From NCBI GenBank assembly GCA_018402155.1, contig JAGYJG010000001.1:108635-172634 (forward strand): a DNA stretch of 64,000 nt, written 5' to 3'. Under the pieces are notes generated by a model, which saw nothing but the letters and a program-made list of their open reading frames with translations, did no database searches and was not told the DNA's origin. Source of the DNA: Bacteroidia bacterium. GTDB taxonomy: Bacteria; Bacteroidota; Bacteroidia; NS11-12g; UBA9320. Positions 38,682 through 49,248 of the stretch are shown here, piece by piece (positions within the stretch are counted from its first letter, which is position 1; every line of letters begins with the position of its first letter). The translations under genes were made by a program, and so were the position numbers.

Positions 38682-39491
38682 TTAGTTGCCCTGTTTTGTA
38701 TTGAGGTCTAAAATTGCACAAGCTTTTTCGCTTGCCAATTGTTCTGCTACTTTTTTTGACGACGCTCGTGCTTTTGTTATTTCTATACCATCTAGCACAA
38801 TACCTATTATAAAGATTTTAATTTTATGTTCTTCCTCAGGATTTAGTATTTTAAAATCGAGTTGCTTTTTCTCTTTTTGCGCGTATTGGTTGAGCAAGCT
38901 TTTGAAATTTACGGTTACGTCTTTTAATTCATCAAAATCGATATGGGGTGTTACTATTTTTTGTTTCACGAATTTCTTTGCAAACGTAAATCCCTTGTCT
39001 AGATAGATAGCACCAACAAGAGCTTCTAGAGCATTTCCTGCTATACCTCGAACAGCAGTTTGATTTTTGGCGATACTTTTATCATAAATAATGTATTCGT
39101 GGAGTCCCATTTTGAATGCGATATCAGCGAGCATTTTTCTGCTTACACTTTTACTTCTCATATCTGTAAGGAATCCTTCTCCTTGGAACGGAAATTTTTT
39201 AAATAAAAACTCAGCTATAATTAGATCTAGAACGGCATCTCCGAGATATTCTAGACGTTCATTGTTATTTCTACTGTCTAATCCTTGAAGTACTTGTGCT
39301 GTAGAATTGTGCAAGAAAGCTTGCCTGTATATAACCCCATTAACAGGGAAAAAACCTAGCAATCTATACAGATTAGAGTAAAATTGTTTATTTCTAGAAA
39401 ACTGTGTAAAGTATATTTTTTTAACACTGTTTATCACAGTATTAATTGCATTTTCCGATAATGACAGACGCGTTATGCCCTCCAAATCCAA
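38682..39491 (-). CDS. rnc: Ribonuclease III
   Basis: Signature NERLEYLGDAVL, a second catalytic block, and a C-terminal dsRBD. The ATG at 39491 overlaps fabF by 50 nt. An in-frame GTG at 39437, just after the fabF stop, is an alternative start. Confidence 0.88.
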   Translation of the reverse strand: MDLEGITRLSLSENAINTVINSVKKIYFTQFSRNKQFYSNLYRLLGFFPVNGVIYRQAFLHNSTAQVLQGLDSRNNNERLEYLGDAVLDLIIAEFLFKKFPFQGEGFLTDMRSKSVSRKMLADIAFKMGLHEYIIYDKSIAKNQTAVRGIAGNALEALVGAIYLDKGFTFAKKFVKQKIVTPHIDFDELKDVTVNFKSLLNQYAQKEKKQLDFKILNPEEEHKIKIFIIGIVLDGIEITKARASSKKVAEQLASEKACAILDLNTKQGN

Positions 39492-40692
39492 AGGTATTAC
39501 TCAATGCGTAGTTTATCTCTCGTCGTTGAGCAGTGTTGAAAGTGAAATTTAGTTTTTTATCAAATTGGTCATCATCAGTGAAATGATTAATGGTAGGCGG
39601 GATTATACCTGTATTGATGGCAGCTATACAGGCTAAGGCCTCTACAGCACCTGCAGCACCTAATAAATGTCCAGTCATAGATTTTGTAGAGCTTATATTT
39701 AGTTTATAAGCGTGGTCACCAAAAACCCCCCGTATAGCTTTTGTTTCGCTAATATCTCCGAGAGGAGTAGACGTACCGTGTACATTTACGTAGTCTATAT
39801 CCTCGGGATTGAGGTGTGCGTCTCTTAAGGCAAATTTCATAACATTGAGAGCGCCCAACCCCTCTGGATGAGGAGCTGTGATGTGGTGAGCATCTGCTGT
39901 GAGACCCCCACCAAGTATTTCACCATAAATTTTAGCTCCTCTAGCTTTTGCGTGCTCGTATTCTTCTAGTACTAGTGAGGCGGCCCCTTCTCCAAGAACA
40001 AAACCATCTCTATCTGCATCAAAAGGACGTGAAGCTGTTTTTGGGCTATCGTTTCGCTCAGAAAGTGCTTTCATACTGTTAAAACCACCTATGGCAGATG
40101 GTGTAACACACGCCTCAGATCCCCCTGTTACAATGGCTTTGGACATACCTAGCCGTATGTAGTTATATGAGTCTATAATTGCGTTATTGGATGAAGCACA
40201 AGCAGAAATAGTACCAAAATTAGGACCTCTAAAGCCATACTTAATTGAGATATAACCAGGGGCTATATCTCCTATCATTTTAGGAATAAAAAATGGATTG
40301 AATCGAGGAGCACCGTCTCCTTTAGTAAAATCGCCTATCTCTTTCTCTAGAGTAGTTAGTCCACCTATACCAGAAGCCCAGATAACGCCTATTTCTTCCG
40401 GGATAAAGTCTGTATCCATAAGACCAGAATCCAGTACAGCTTCATCTGCTACTACCATAGCATATTGGGTAAAGGGATCCATTTTTCTTGCTTCTTTTCG
40501 ATCCATGTGGTTGTGAATATCAAAGTTTTTCACTTCGCACGCAAACCGTGTCTTGAACTTTTCAGCATCAAAACGGGTTATCAGCGCAGCACCACTGGTT
40601 CCTTTTGCAAGGGCATCCCAATATTCTTTGGCTGTATTTCCTATAGGTGTAAGAGCCCCTATACCGGTTACTACTACTCGCTTGAGTTGCAT
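39442..40692 (-). CDS. fabF: Beta-ketoacyl-ACP synthase II
   Basis: Active-site Cys in ISACASS, HGTSTPLGD, and GFGGHNAS C-terminal blocks. Confidence 0.93.
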   Translation of the reverse strand: MQLKRVVVTGIGALTPIGNTAKEYWDALAKGTSGAALITRFDAEKFKTRFACEVKNFDIHNHMDRKEARKMDPFTQYAMVVADEAVLDSGLMDTDFIPEEIGVIWASGIGGLTTLEKEIGDFTKGDGAPRFNPFFIPKMIGDIAPGYISIKYGFRGPNFGTISACASSNNAIIDSYNYIRLGMSKAIVTGGSEACVTPSAIGGFNSMKALSERNDSPKTASRPFDADRDGFVLGEGAASLVLEEYEHAKARGAKIYGEILGGGLTADAHHITAPHPEGLGALNVMKFALRDAHLNPEDIDYVNVHGTSTPLGDISETKAIRGVFGDHAYKLNISSTKSMTGHLLGAAGAVEALACIAAINTGIIPPTINHFTDDDQFDKKLNFTFNTAQRREINYALSNTFGFGGHNASVIIGKCN

Positions 40693-40709
40693 ATATCGGT
40701 TAGGCTATG

Positions 40710-40946
40710 TTAACCTGCGTTTTCAGTGATGTAAGTTACTGCATCCCCAACAGTAGCAATTTTTTCTGCTTGCTCATCAGGTATTGCTATGTTAAATTCT
40801 TTCTCAAATTCCATGATTAATTCCACAGTATCCAGTGAGTCAGCGCCAAGATCATTAGTGAAACTTGCTGTAGTTGTTACCTCAGATTCCTCAACACCTA
40901 GCTTATCTACAATAATTGATGTTACTTTTTCTGCTATTTCAGACAT
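40710..40946 (-). CDS. acpP: Acyl carrier protein
   Basis: 78 aa from ATG 40946 (MSEIAEKV...). The [17 protein letters not shown] block carries the phosphopantetheine Ser. The longer ORF-track start at 41051 is a non-conserved extension. Confidence 0.93.
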   Translation of the reverse strand: MSEIAEKVTSIIVDKLGVEESEVTTTASFTNDLGADSLDTVELIMEFEKEFNIAIPDEQAEKIATVGDAVTYITENAG

Positions 40947-41045
40947 ATTAATTTTATTTTTGTTGTGAACTGCAAAGAACATTTTTTTAGATTTAAAAGA
41001 CAAAATTAATTTATAATTACTGAAATCTATCTGTAAAGCAAACTT

Positions 41046-41456
41046 ATGCATTCACTTTTTACTGCTGCCGAATCTGTCTTAGAGTACCCTACAATCTACG
41101 GTATATCTACATCTTTGCGTCATATTAAACTTGCTTATACCTTATCTAAACACCCAGATTTAGAGGTGGAATTTGCCGAAGATATACCGGATTTTTATAA
41201 AGAAAGTTTGCACGCAGCCTACCTTTTGACCTTTCTCGACGATCAAACACGCTGTTTACTCATTAAAAATAAAGGCTCAGAGAACTATTTTTACTCAAAA
41301 TATAAAAAAGCAGATTACTTATTGTGCAGTTTAAGCGATGACGAAATTAATATAGAAATAATACAAATACTTTCTAAACTTTCGGGTATATCTATTTGCT
41401 TTGCATTAGATATACCAAATCAAAAAGAAATACAAAATTTTTCACAATTGCAATGA
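41046..41456 (+). CDS. Hypothetical cytoplasmic protein (136 aa), possibly the Bacteroidota IPExxxVDY-type family
   Basis: No signal peptide. Translationally coupled (ATGA) to pyk. The family name is a weak recollection; the motif is degenerate here ([10 protein letters not shown]). Confidence 0.4.
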   Translation: MHSLFTAAESVLEYPTIYGISTSLRHIKLAYTLSKHPDLEVEFAEDIPDFYKESLHAAYLLTFLDDQTRCLLIKNKGSENYFYSKYKKADYLLCSLSDDEINIEIIQILSKLSGISICFALDIPNQKEIQNFSQLQ

Positions 41457-42892
41457 AACAAACTGTTAAATATAACAAAACGAAAATAATAGCTACCATG
41501 GGCCCCGCTTGTTCTTCGGTAGAGAATCTTAAACAAATAATACAAGCTGGTGTAGACGTGTGCCGTGTGAATTTTTCGCACGGAGACTGGGATACACACC
41601 TAGCCGTGGTGCAAAACATTAGAAAAGCAAACGAGGAGCTGGGTACTAATATTGCAATATTAGGTGATCTACAAGGGCCTAAATTGCGCATAGGTGAGGT
41701 GCAAGACGATAGTATGTTTTTAGAAACAGGGGCTACAATGACACTTACAACTAAAGCTACCATAAGTACTGGGAATACTATTTATGTAAAATATTCTACC
41801 CTAGCTCGTGATGTAAAAGTAGGCGAACGCGTACTGCTTGATGACGGTAAATTGGAGCTGGAATTTACCAAACGAGTAGATCAGGACACTGTAGAGGCCA
41901 TTGTTATCAATGGAGGTTTTCTAAGCTCCAATAAAGGATTTAATCTACCAAGTTCTACCCTTTCGGTAGATAGTTTGACCCAAAAAGATAAAAAAGACTT
42001 AGAATTTATCATGAAGCATGATTTTGACTGGGTAGCCTTATCTTTTGTTCGCTCCGCAGACGATATACTCCAGTTAAGAAAGATTCTAGAAGCTAATAAT
42101 AGTAATGCACATATTGTGGCGAAAATTGAAAAGCCGCAGGCAGTTGATAATATTGATTCAATAATTGAGGTGACCGACGCAATTATGGTGGCACGTGGAG
42201 ATTTGGGAGTGGAAATGCCAATGGAGCAAGTGCCTGTTATTCAAAAGAAAATTGTGAATAAGTGTATTGAGGCTAGCAAACCTGTTATTATTGCTACCCA
42301 AATGATGGAGAGTATGATTACATCACCAACACCTACTCGGGCGGAAGCTAGTGACGTTGCTAATGCTGTTATGGATGGCGCAGATGCAGTAATGCTTAGT
42401 GCAGAAACTTCCGTTGGAGATTATCCTCTCAAAGCAGTAGAAGCTGTAGAAAAGATTTTGGGTAGCACAGAGCTAGGTTGGGATGTCTATAATAAGGTAA
42501 AGAAACCAGACCCTCACTCTCCTTCTTTTATAAGTGACAGGATATGTTACGCATCTGTGAGTATGAGCCAAGGTTTAGAGGCAAATGCAATTATCAGTAT
42601 GACGCAAACTGGCTATACAGCTTATAAAATAGCTAGTGGTAGACCCAATTGCGATATCTTCATTTTTACCGCTAACAAGCGTTTGCTAAGCAGACTTAGC
42701 TTAGTTTGGAATGTGCGAGCATACTACTATGACAAACGAACTAATACAGACGAGACTATAAGTGATGTTATCTCAGTTCTTAAAGGAGAAAACTTATTGA
42801 AGGATGGAGATGTTGTAATAAACACAGCAGCAATGCCGGTGTTAGAAAATAAAAAGACAAACGCCATAAAAATCAGTACTGTAGGTGAGTGA
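41453..42892 (+). CDS. pyk: Pyruvate kinase
   Basis: The canonical N-terminus KTKIIATMGPA follows ATG 41453. RVNFSHG, MVARGDLGVE and the TQMLESM-like block (TQMMESM) are present. The track start at 41396 is an extension inside the upstream gene. Confidence 0.92.
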   Translation: MKQTVKYNKTKIIATMGPACSSVENLKQIIQAGVDVCRVNFSHGDWDTHLAVVQNIRKANEELGTNIAILGDLQGPKLRIGEVQDDSMFLETGATMTLTTKATISTGNTIYVKYSTLARDVKVGERVLLDDGKLELEFTKRVDQDTVEAIVINGGFLSSNKGFNLPSSTLSVDSLTQKDKKDLEFIMKHDFDWVALSFVRSADDILQLRKILEANNSNAHIVAKIEKPQAVDNIDSIIEVTDAIMVARGDLGVEMPMEQVPVIQKKIVNKCIEASKPVIIATQMMESMITSPTPTRAEASDVANAVMDGADAVMLSAETSVGDYPLKAVEAVEKILGSTELGWDVYNKVKKPDPHSPSFISDRICYASVSMSQGLEANAIISMTQTGYTAYKIASGRPNCDIFIFTANKRLLSRLSLVWNVRAYYYDKRTNTDETISDVISVLKGENLLKDGDVVINTAAMPVLENKKTNAIKISTVGE

Positions 42893-43391
42893 AATTATAA
42901 ATAAAGTAGCCCAAAGCGGAATTGTAACCTTAGATTTAGAGGATCTTATCCCAGAAAGACAAGAATCTATAATAGATATTGTTGATCAGCTTTTTCAAGG
43001 ATTAATTTTGAGAGAGAAAGACTTTAGAGCCTGGATAAAGGTACATAATTGGAGCGCCTATAAAAATCGCAATGTAGCGGTTTACTGTAGTAGCGACGCT
43101 GTAATACCTACGTGGGCATATATGCTAATTGCTTCTGCACTTAGGCCCCATACCAATCATGTATTTTTTTCGCCGCCAGAAGGTTTGCCAGCTCTCATTG
43201 CGGAGCGTGCACTAGCATCTATAAGACAAGAAGACTACCGTGATAAGAGGGTGGTAATTAAAGGCTGTGGTCATAGAGCAATAAGTAACCATGCCTATAT
43301 GCTTCTCACTAACAAACTAGTGGAAACCGCCAAAACTGTTATGTATGGAGAGCCTTGCAGTACTGTACCCGTATATAAACAACCAAAGTAG
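42885..43391 (+). CDS. Hypothetical protein, possibly DUF2480 family
   Basis: 168 aa. GTG start overlapping the pyk stop by 8 nt. The N-terminal INKVAQSGIVTLDLEDL resembles DUF2480 proteins as I recall them. Confidence 0.5.
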   Translation: MSEIINKVAQSGIVTLDLEDLIPERQESIIDIVDQLFQGLILREKDFRAWIKVHNWSAYKNRNVAVYCSSDAVIPTWAYMLIASALRPHTNHVFFSPPEGLPALIAERALASIRQEDYRDKRVVIKGCGHRAISNHAYMLLTNKLVETAKTVMYGEPCSTVPVYKQPK

Positions 43392-43494
43392 GATGTTTCT
43401 TTCACAAGAGGTATTTCAAAAGCATTAAATTAAAGTACTGCTATTTCCAAACAAAGATTTAGAGTTTAAACGCTAGTGTGATGCTCGGGTTGTA

Positions 43495-44451
43495 TTATTT
43501 ACGATCCAATAGCCCTATTTCTATAAGGCGTTGAGTTAAAAAATCTCCTGCACAAATATCGTCGTAGGCTTTTGGGTTGTCTGCTGTTACACAGTTTGGT
43601 AGGCAGTTTAGACTCATTTCCGATACTGGATGCAAGAAAAATGGAATTGAAAAACGCGTGGTTCCCCAATCTTCTTTGGGTGGGTTTACTACCCTATGTG
43701 TGGTACTTCGCAGTATGTTATTTGTTAGGCGTTGAAGCATATCGCCTACGTTCACCACTAGTTGGTTTGGTAGTGCGGTTATGGGTATCCAGTTGTTTTG
43801 CTTATCAAGTACTTCTAGTCCAGCTGCACTAGCGCCCATTAGCAGTGTTATTAGATTAATGTCTTCGTGTTGGCCTGCACGAACTGCATTTTTTGGTGCA
43901 TCTACTATAGGGCCATAATGTATTGGACGCAATATACTATTTCCGTAAGCAATATAGGTGTCAAAATAGGTTTCTTCTAATTGCAGATATAGTGCAATAG
44001 CTCGGAGTATGTACTTCCCCGTTTCTTGTAATGCAGCGTAGGCTTTTAGGCCGTATTCATTGAAACCGGGGACTTCCTCTACCCATACATTTTTGTGGTA
44101 ACTGTAGGTGTCTTGCAGCTCTGTTGGTATTGTTTGTCCAAAGTGGTAAAATTCTTTTAAGTCTCCTACTTTGCTGTCTTTGGCATGCTCTGTACCCCAA
44201 GAGGTAAAACCACGTTGTCCTGCTATACCGGCTACGTGGTATTTCATTTTAGTAGTTAGTGGTAAGGCATAGAACTCCTTGGTATAGCGGTATAAATTTT
44301 CTGTGAGCTCATCGCTAAGTTGGTGATTATAGATGGCTACAAAGCCAATATTTTTGTAGGCATCGCCCAGATTTTGTACAAATTTAGCTTTGGTAAACCT
44401 ATCGCCGTGTTTGAAATCATCTAAATTAAGCGAACGTATATTTTGAGTCAT
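43495..44451 (-). CDS. 2-oxoglutarate/Fe(II)-dependent oxygenase (isopenicillin N synthase-like family)
   Basis: HEDINLITLL (HxD), a distal HRV, and an RFS 2OG-binding region. Confidence 0.8.
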   Translation of the reverse strand: MTQNIRSLNLDDFKHGDRFTKAKFVQNLGDAYKNIGFVAIYNHQLSDELTENLYRYTKEFYALPLTTKMKYHVAGIAGQRGFTSWGTEHAKDSKVGDLKEFYHFGQTIPTELQDTYSYHKNVWVEEVPGFNEYGLKAYAALQETGKYILRAIALYLQLEETYFDTYIAYGNSILRPIHYGPIVDAPKNAVRAGQHEDINLITLLMGASAAGLEVLDKQNNWIPITALPNQLVVNVGDMLQRLTNNILRSTTHRVVNPPKEDWGTTRFSIPFFLHPVSEMSLNCLPNCVTADNPKAYDDICAGDFLTQRLIEIGLLDRK

Positions 44452-44579
44452 TTTGAATGGTTTTTAACAAAAAACGAAATTAGGCAAAGCTCACGATTTT
44501 AACCCTATCATTCTTTTATTTTTGGAATGCTTACATACTTTTTTTAAAACTTGAAACTAAGTATGGATTTGTGGGCTTT

Positions 44580-45839
44580 TTAAAAATCTAATGTCTCTTT
44601 TATGGCCTTTACCTTTAGCTGTACTTCGTTCCACTCTTGCTCCGGTACAGAGTCAATGGTAATAGCACCTCCCGCATTGTAGTTGAGTTGTTTTTTGTGC
44701 ATATCACAAATCACACTACGTATCACTACATTAAAATCAAAATCACCACCAGGAGCGATGTAGCCTACAGAGCCACTATACCATCCTCTTTTAAAATTTT
44801 CTAGAGTATCTATATGTTTCATTGCAGCTATTTTTGGAGCGCCGGTCATACTTCCCATAGGAAAAGTACCACTCAAAATATCGGTCAGTGATGCGCTAGG
44901 ATTTATCTCACCTTCTACCGTAGAAATCATTTGATGCACTTGCAGATAGCTATATATACCAAAGAGTTCGGCTACATGCACCGTACCCCTTTGACATATT
45001 CTATTGAGATCATTTCTGACTAGGTCTACAATCATTACGTTTTCTGCTCTCTCTTTTTTTGATTTTTGCAGTTCGTTTATTAGCAGTTGGTCCTCTTGGG
45101 TGTTGGCCCCTTTCCGTATGGTTCCTTTAATAGGCTGGCTTATTAGTTGTGTGCCTTTTTTTAGAAGGTAGCGTTCCATACTGGCACCACACATATGCAG
45201 GTGGTTAGTTTTGAGGTAAGAAGCCATAGGTACCGGAGATCTTTGGAGTAGATCTAGCTGAAAGCGAACAGCAGAAAAGGCTTCAAAGGTGTGGGTGTAT
45301 GGCACGCAGTAGTTGAGCTCATATACTTCTCCAGCACGTATAAGTTCGTGTATGTTTTTTATTTTTTGGAGGTAGGCATTCTTTGACTGGGGGCTCAAGT
45401 TATTGCTTAGTCTATGGTGATTCGGTAGTTGTGAGGGGTGCCAAAAACTTGATTCAAGGGGCTCTCCATGTATTTCTATTATCCCGTTTTTATTTATTAG
45501 CAGCAGGGTTCTTGGTTCAAAAAAAAGTAAATCTGGAGTGTGTATTAGTGGAGTATTAGTGCTACTAAGCTCTTCAAATTCATTTTTGAGATCATAGCCA
45601 AATACACCAAACAACCACTTTTGAGAATCGGTGGCGTTTTGTAGCTGGATTAGATTGGTATAGATATGCTCGGCGCCAAAGGCTGCCATCAGTTCGTAGC
45701 TACCTCCATGCACCCCCGTATTTAGCTGGCAGCTATCTAGTATACAACTGTGAGAGAATTGCTCGCTATGGACATAGCAAAGACGCTTTAATGCATCTAG
45801 GCCGTTTGTCGATATATACTGATTTATTTTTTGTTGCAT
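44580..45839 (-). CDS. pabB: Chorismate-binding enzyme, aminodeoxychorismate synthase component I-like
   Basis: ERAENVMIVDLVRNDL, FPMGSMTGAPK and WYSGSVGY blocks. PabB rather than TrpE/MenF is an inference from size (419 aa) and the lack of trp context. Confidence 0.7.
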   Translation of the reverse strand: MQQKINQYISTNGLDALKRLCYVHSEQFSHSCILDSCQLNTGVHGGSYELMAAFGAEHIYTNLIQLQNATDSQKWLFGVFGYDLKNEFEELSSTNTPLIHTPDLLFFEPRTLLLINKNGIIEIHGEPLESSFWHPSQLPNHHRLSNNLSPQSKNAYLQKIKNIHELIRAGEVYELNYCVPYTHTFEAFSAVRFQLDLLQRSPVPMASYLKTNHLHMCGASMERYLLKKGTQLISQPIKGTIRKGANTQEDQLLINELQKSKKERAENVMIVDLVRNDLNRICQRGTVHVAELFGIYSYLQVHQMISTVEGEINPSASLTDILSGTFPMGSMTGAPKIAAMKHIDTLENFKRGWYSGSVGYIAPGGDFDFNVVIRSVICDMHKKQLNYNAGGAITIDSVPEQEWNEVQLKVKAIKETLDF

Positions 45840-46172
45840 TTCTTTAGCGTAAAAAACTTAAAGGTCCTTAAGGTTCATTTTGGTGAAATGGAAATCGATA
45901 TCTTTTTCAAATATGGTGCAATGTTAGCCATAATTGTACCAAAATTCCCCTATTTTGAGCGACCTTTTTAGCAATTTTACGGATATAGTGGAAGTAGAAT
46001 TAGAAGTAAAATTCGGCTAGTGAATGCAAGATTTGGTCAATTTCTTGCCGGATTAAGAACCTACGTTTATCGCAGATTTATTTATATAGTTTGTGTTATA
46101 TTAGTGGCCCGTAGTGTATTCTTTGTTACACTATCTGTTTTATATTATTTTTTTCTAAGATGAATGGCTGTT

Positions 46173-47975
46173 TTATTTCTCAAAATAATTTACCACTAAA
46201 CTTGCTTTTGCTGGGCCTATAATATTTGCTAGTTCATCTACGGATGTTTTTTTGATGCGTGCTACACTTTTAAAAACACGGAGCAGCTCTGCTGCTGTTT
46301 CGTCTCCTATGCCGTTTATCTCGGTGAGTTGACTTACTATAGTGCCCTTGCTTCTGCGGTTGCGGTGGTGCGTGATACCGAAACGGTGCGCTTCATCCCG
46401 CATATGTTGTATCACCCGCAAACTTGTAGATTTTTTGTCAATGTATAAAGGCGTACTATCTTCAGGATAGTAGATTTCCTCTAGCCGCTTAGCTATCCCG
46501 ACTATGGCTATTTTTCCGTATAAGCCAAGGTCTTTGAGTGCCTGTACAGAGCTACTTAGTTGGCCTTTGCCACCATCTATTATAATAAGCTGAGGAAAAG
46601 GTTCTTTTTCTGCTATCATTCGGCTATATCTCCGAGTCAAAGCCTCGTACATACTTGCAAAATCATTTGGGCCTTCTACAGTTTTTATGTTAAAATGGCG
46701 GTAGTCTTTTTTGCTGGGTTTCCCATTTTTGAAAACTACGCATGCGCTTACAGGAAATGCTCCCTGTATGTTTGAGTTATCAAAACACTCCATATGCACA
46801 GGAAGGTCTTTTAGTCGGAGATCAGTTTTTAGGGTGGTTAATAACCTTTCTACTCGCAGGTCTGGGTCTATTTTCTCATATTGATTAGTTTTCTCTTGCA
46901 TATAGAGTTGTGCATTTTTGTAGCTTAGCTCCAAGAGTTTCTTTTTGTCACCGCTTTGTGGGACTATAAAATTGTTTGCTAAGGGCACCTTTATGGGCAC
47001 TAAAATCTCTTCGGTTTCTGTATTTTTATTTAAATTTTGGATTTCTCCATACGCTATTTCTAGGAGTTCTGTGGTGGTTTCATCCATCTGTTTTTTCAAT
47101 TCTAGATTTTTAGATTGAATAATTATACCGCCCGATATGCGCATATAGTTGATGTAGGCATATCGAGCATTTTGGGCTATATTTAGCACATCTACATCGC
47201 TTATGCGGGGATTTACAACGGTGCTGCGTGTCTGGTATTTATCTATTATGGTTAGTTTTTCCTTGTATTTTCCTGCTTCTTCGTACTGCCAGTCGGCAGC
47301 GGCGCGCTCCATTTTATGTTTTAAGTGGTCTTTCACTTCTTTTAGATTGCCGCGTAGTATGTTTTTAATTCCGTTTATGCTTTCTAGGTATTCTTCTTCA
47401 CTCTCTAGTCCTTCGCAGGCCCCTTTGCAATTACCTATTTGATATTCTAGGCATACTCTAAATTTATTGGCAGTTATATTTTTTTCGGACAGTGTGTAGT
47501 TGCAGTTACGTGTAGGATATATTTTTTTACAGAGCTCAAGTACTATTTTCATTAGCCGTACATTTGCATAAGGACCAAAATATTTACTGCCGTCTTTTAT
47601 TGGATTCCGAACTGAAAATACCTTGGGAAAACGCTCGTTGGTTACTTTTATAAGCGGAAAACTCTTGTCGTCTTTTAAGTTGATATTGTACTTCGGTTGA
47701 AATTCTTTGATGAGGCTGTTTTCTAACAAAAGCGCGTCCATTTCTGTTGGGACTACGGTCACGTTTACATCCCATATTTTACTTACTAGTACTTGGGTTT
47801 TACGGTTTTCATATTGGTTTTTGTTGAAATAGGAACTTACTCGTTTTTTTAGACTTTTAGCTTTGCCGATGTAGAGTAGTACATTGTTTTTATCAAAATA
47901 CTTATATACGCCTGGTGCGTCGGGTAGTATTTTTAATTTAATTTTTACGGGCGCTATTTCAGTAGTTTTAGCCAA
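46173..47975 (-). CDS. uvrC: Excinuclease ABC subunit C
   Basis: GIY-YIG (PGVYKYF...LYIGKA), UVR domain, endonuclease domain and C-terminal HhH2. Confidence 0.93.
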   Translation of the reverse strand: MAKTTEIAPVKIKLKILPDAPGVYKYFDKNNVLLYIGKAKSLKKRVSSYFNKNQYENRKTQVLVSKIWDVNVTVVPTEMDALLLENSLIKEFQPKYNINLKDDKSFPLIKVTNERFPKVFSVRNPIKDGSKYFGPYANVRLMKIVLELCKKIYPTRNCNYTLSEKNITANKFRVCLEYQIGNCKGACEGLESEEEYLESINGIKNILRGNLKEVKDHLKHKMERAAADWQYEEAGKYKEKLTIIDKYQTRSTVVNPRISDVDVLNIAQNARYAYINYMRISGGIIIQSKNLELKKQMDETTTELLEIAYGEIQNLNKNTETEEILVPIKVPLANNFIVPQSGDKKKLLELSYKNAQLYMQEKTNQYEKIDPDLRVERLLTTLKTDLRLKDLPVHMECFDNSNIQGAFPVSACVVFKNGKPSKKDYRHFNIKTVEGPNDFASMYEALTRRYSRMIAEKEPFPQLIIIDGGKGQLSSSVQALKDLGLYGKIAIVGIAKRLEEIYYPEDSTPLYIDKKSTSLRVIQHMRDEAHRFGITHHRNRRSKGTIVSQLTEINGIGDETAAELLRVFKSVARIKKTSVDELANIIGPAKASLVVNYFEK

Positions 47976-48120
47976 GGATACGAAGGTAAATGTATTTCCT
48001 ATTTATCTGAAATATTTTCAAAATGCCTATTGACCTTTCTGTCATGAAAACGAGTATAGATCAAGATAAAGTGAGATTAAGCATAAAAAAGCATGATAAT
48101 GCGGTAACTATTTTGTTGAT

Positions 48121-48900
48121 TTGTACGTTTTAAAGTTTCACTTGAGAGTTGTATTACTTTTTGTATGGATATGCCTGGTATGTCAAGCTAAAGCGCAAGT
48201 TTCCACGTTTTCTGCCCAGTTCAAAAATCTGGCAGACGGAGAGGAGGTGCTCTATGCTAAGGTGATGAACAGCGACGGAGAGTCTAAACTTACTAATATC
48301 TATGGTTTTGTGTCTTTAGCCCACAAACCAAATACGGCCATTACCATTTCTCACTTGATCTACGATACCCTAGTGATAAATACCGCAGACTTTAAAGGAA
48401 AAGATTCTCTCACGTTTTACCTTAAACCCAAAACCTACTTGCTAAAAGAAGTGACCTTTTCCATTCTAGGTGAGCGTAGTTTGTTTGATAATAAATTTGT
48501 AAAAAATGACTTGGGACAGTCTGACGAGGAAAAAGTTCGAGAAAAACTTAATTTAAAGAGTATGAAAAAAGAACTCAAAGGGCTAGACCAAGCAGCACAA
48601 AGTGGCTTGGTTTTGGGTAGTCCTATAACTTATTTGTATGACAGGTTTAGCAAAGATGGTAAAGAACGAAGAAAATACCAGGAACTCCTAGAGCGGGATA
48701 GAATACGCGGACAAAGCAAGGAAAAATATGATGACCTCATCATCACCACACTTACAAATTTTACAGATACTGATCTTATTAAATTTAAGGAATTCTGTAG
48801 CTTTCATCCATCATACATAGACCAAGTCCAGTTGGTCGAGCTATACTACGAGATATTACGTTGCAAACACGAGTATGAAGATAATGGACTTGCTCCATAG
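48121..48900 (+). CDS. Hypothetical secreted protein with a carboxypeptidase-regulatory-like N-terminal domain
   Basis: Signal-like N-terminus, with a TTG start at 48121 or 48142. GEEVLYAKVMNSDGESKLTNIYGFVSL resembles CarboxypepD_reg. Charged helical C-terminal half. Confidence 0.45.
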   Translation: MYVLKFHLRVVLLFVWICLVCQAKAQVSTFSAQFKNLADGEEVLYAKVMNSDGESKLTNIYGFVSLAHKPNTAITISHLIYDTLVINTADFKGKDSLTFYLKPKTYLLKEVTFSILGERSLFDNKFVKNDLGQSDEEKVREKLNLKSMKKELKGLDQAAQSGLVLGSPITYLYDRFSKDGKERRKYQELLERDRIRGQSKEKYDDLIITTLTNFTDTDLIKFKEFCSFHPSYIDQVQLVELYYEILRCKHEYEDNGLAP

Positions 48901-49248
48901 TTTGGGCAGCTCATATAATAACTAAGTCAACTATCCCTATTTTAACTTCTATTATATTGATATACTGACAATTTCTTCTTCAAACTTAACTGAGCTTATG
49001 AGCTAAGATTAAGGTCACTCGTGTTTCGTTTTTTACTTTTAAATATATGGTAGCATATAAGATACCTTGGTGATAATTATGCTATACAAAAGGTTATTAC
49101 TCTCGTGTAAAAAAAGCTGCACTTTAACAAAACTTTGGCTCTTTAATGATGTCACAATTAGTATTAAAATAGTGTTATTGAAAATTTAGGGCTAGTTTTG
49201 TCCTTTAAATTATTTTAGAATTGGTCTCCTCAAAAGTTTATTTTTTAC

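Noticed and set aside
46111-46134. 7-8 bp inverted repeat GTAGTGTA...TACACTAT about 40 nt downstream of the uvrC stop, as a possible terminator
   Set aside because: The stem is short, and there is no U-tract in the uvrC (minus) orientation. It is too weak to call.
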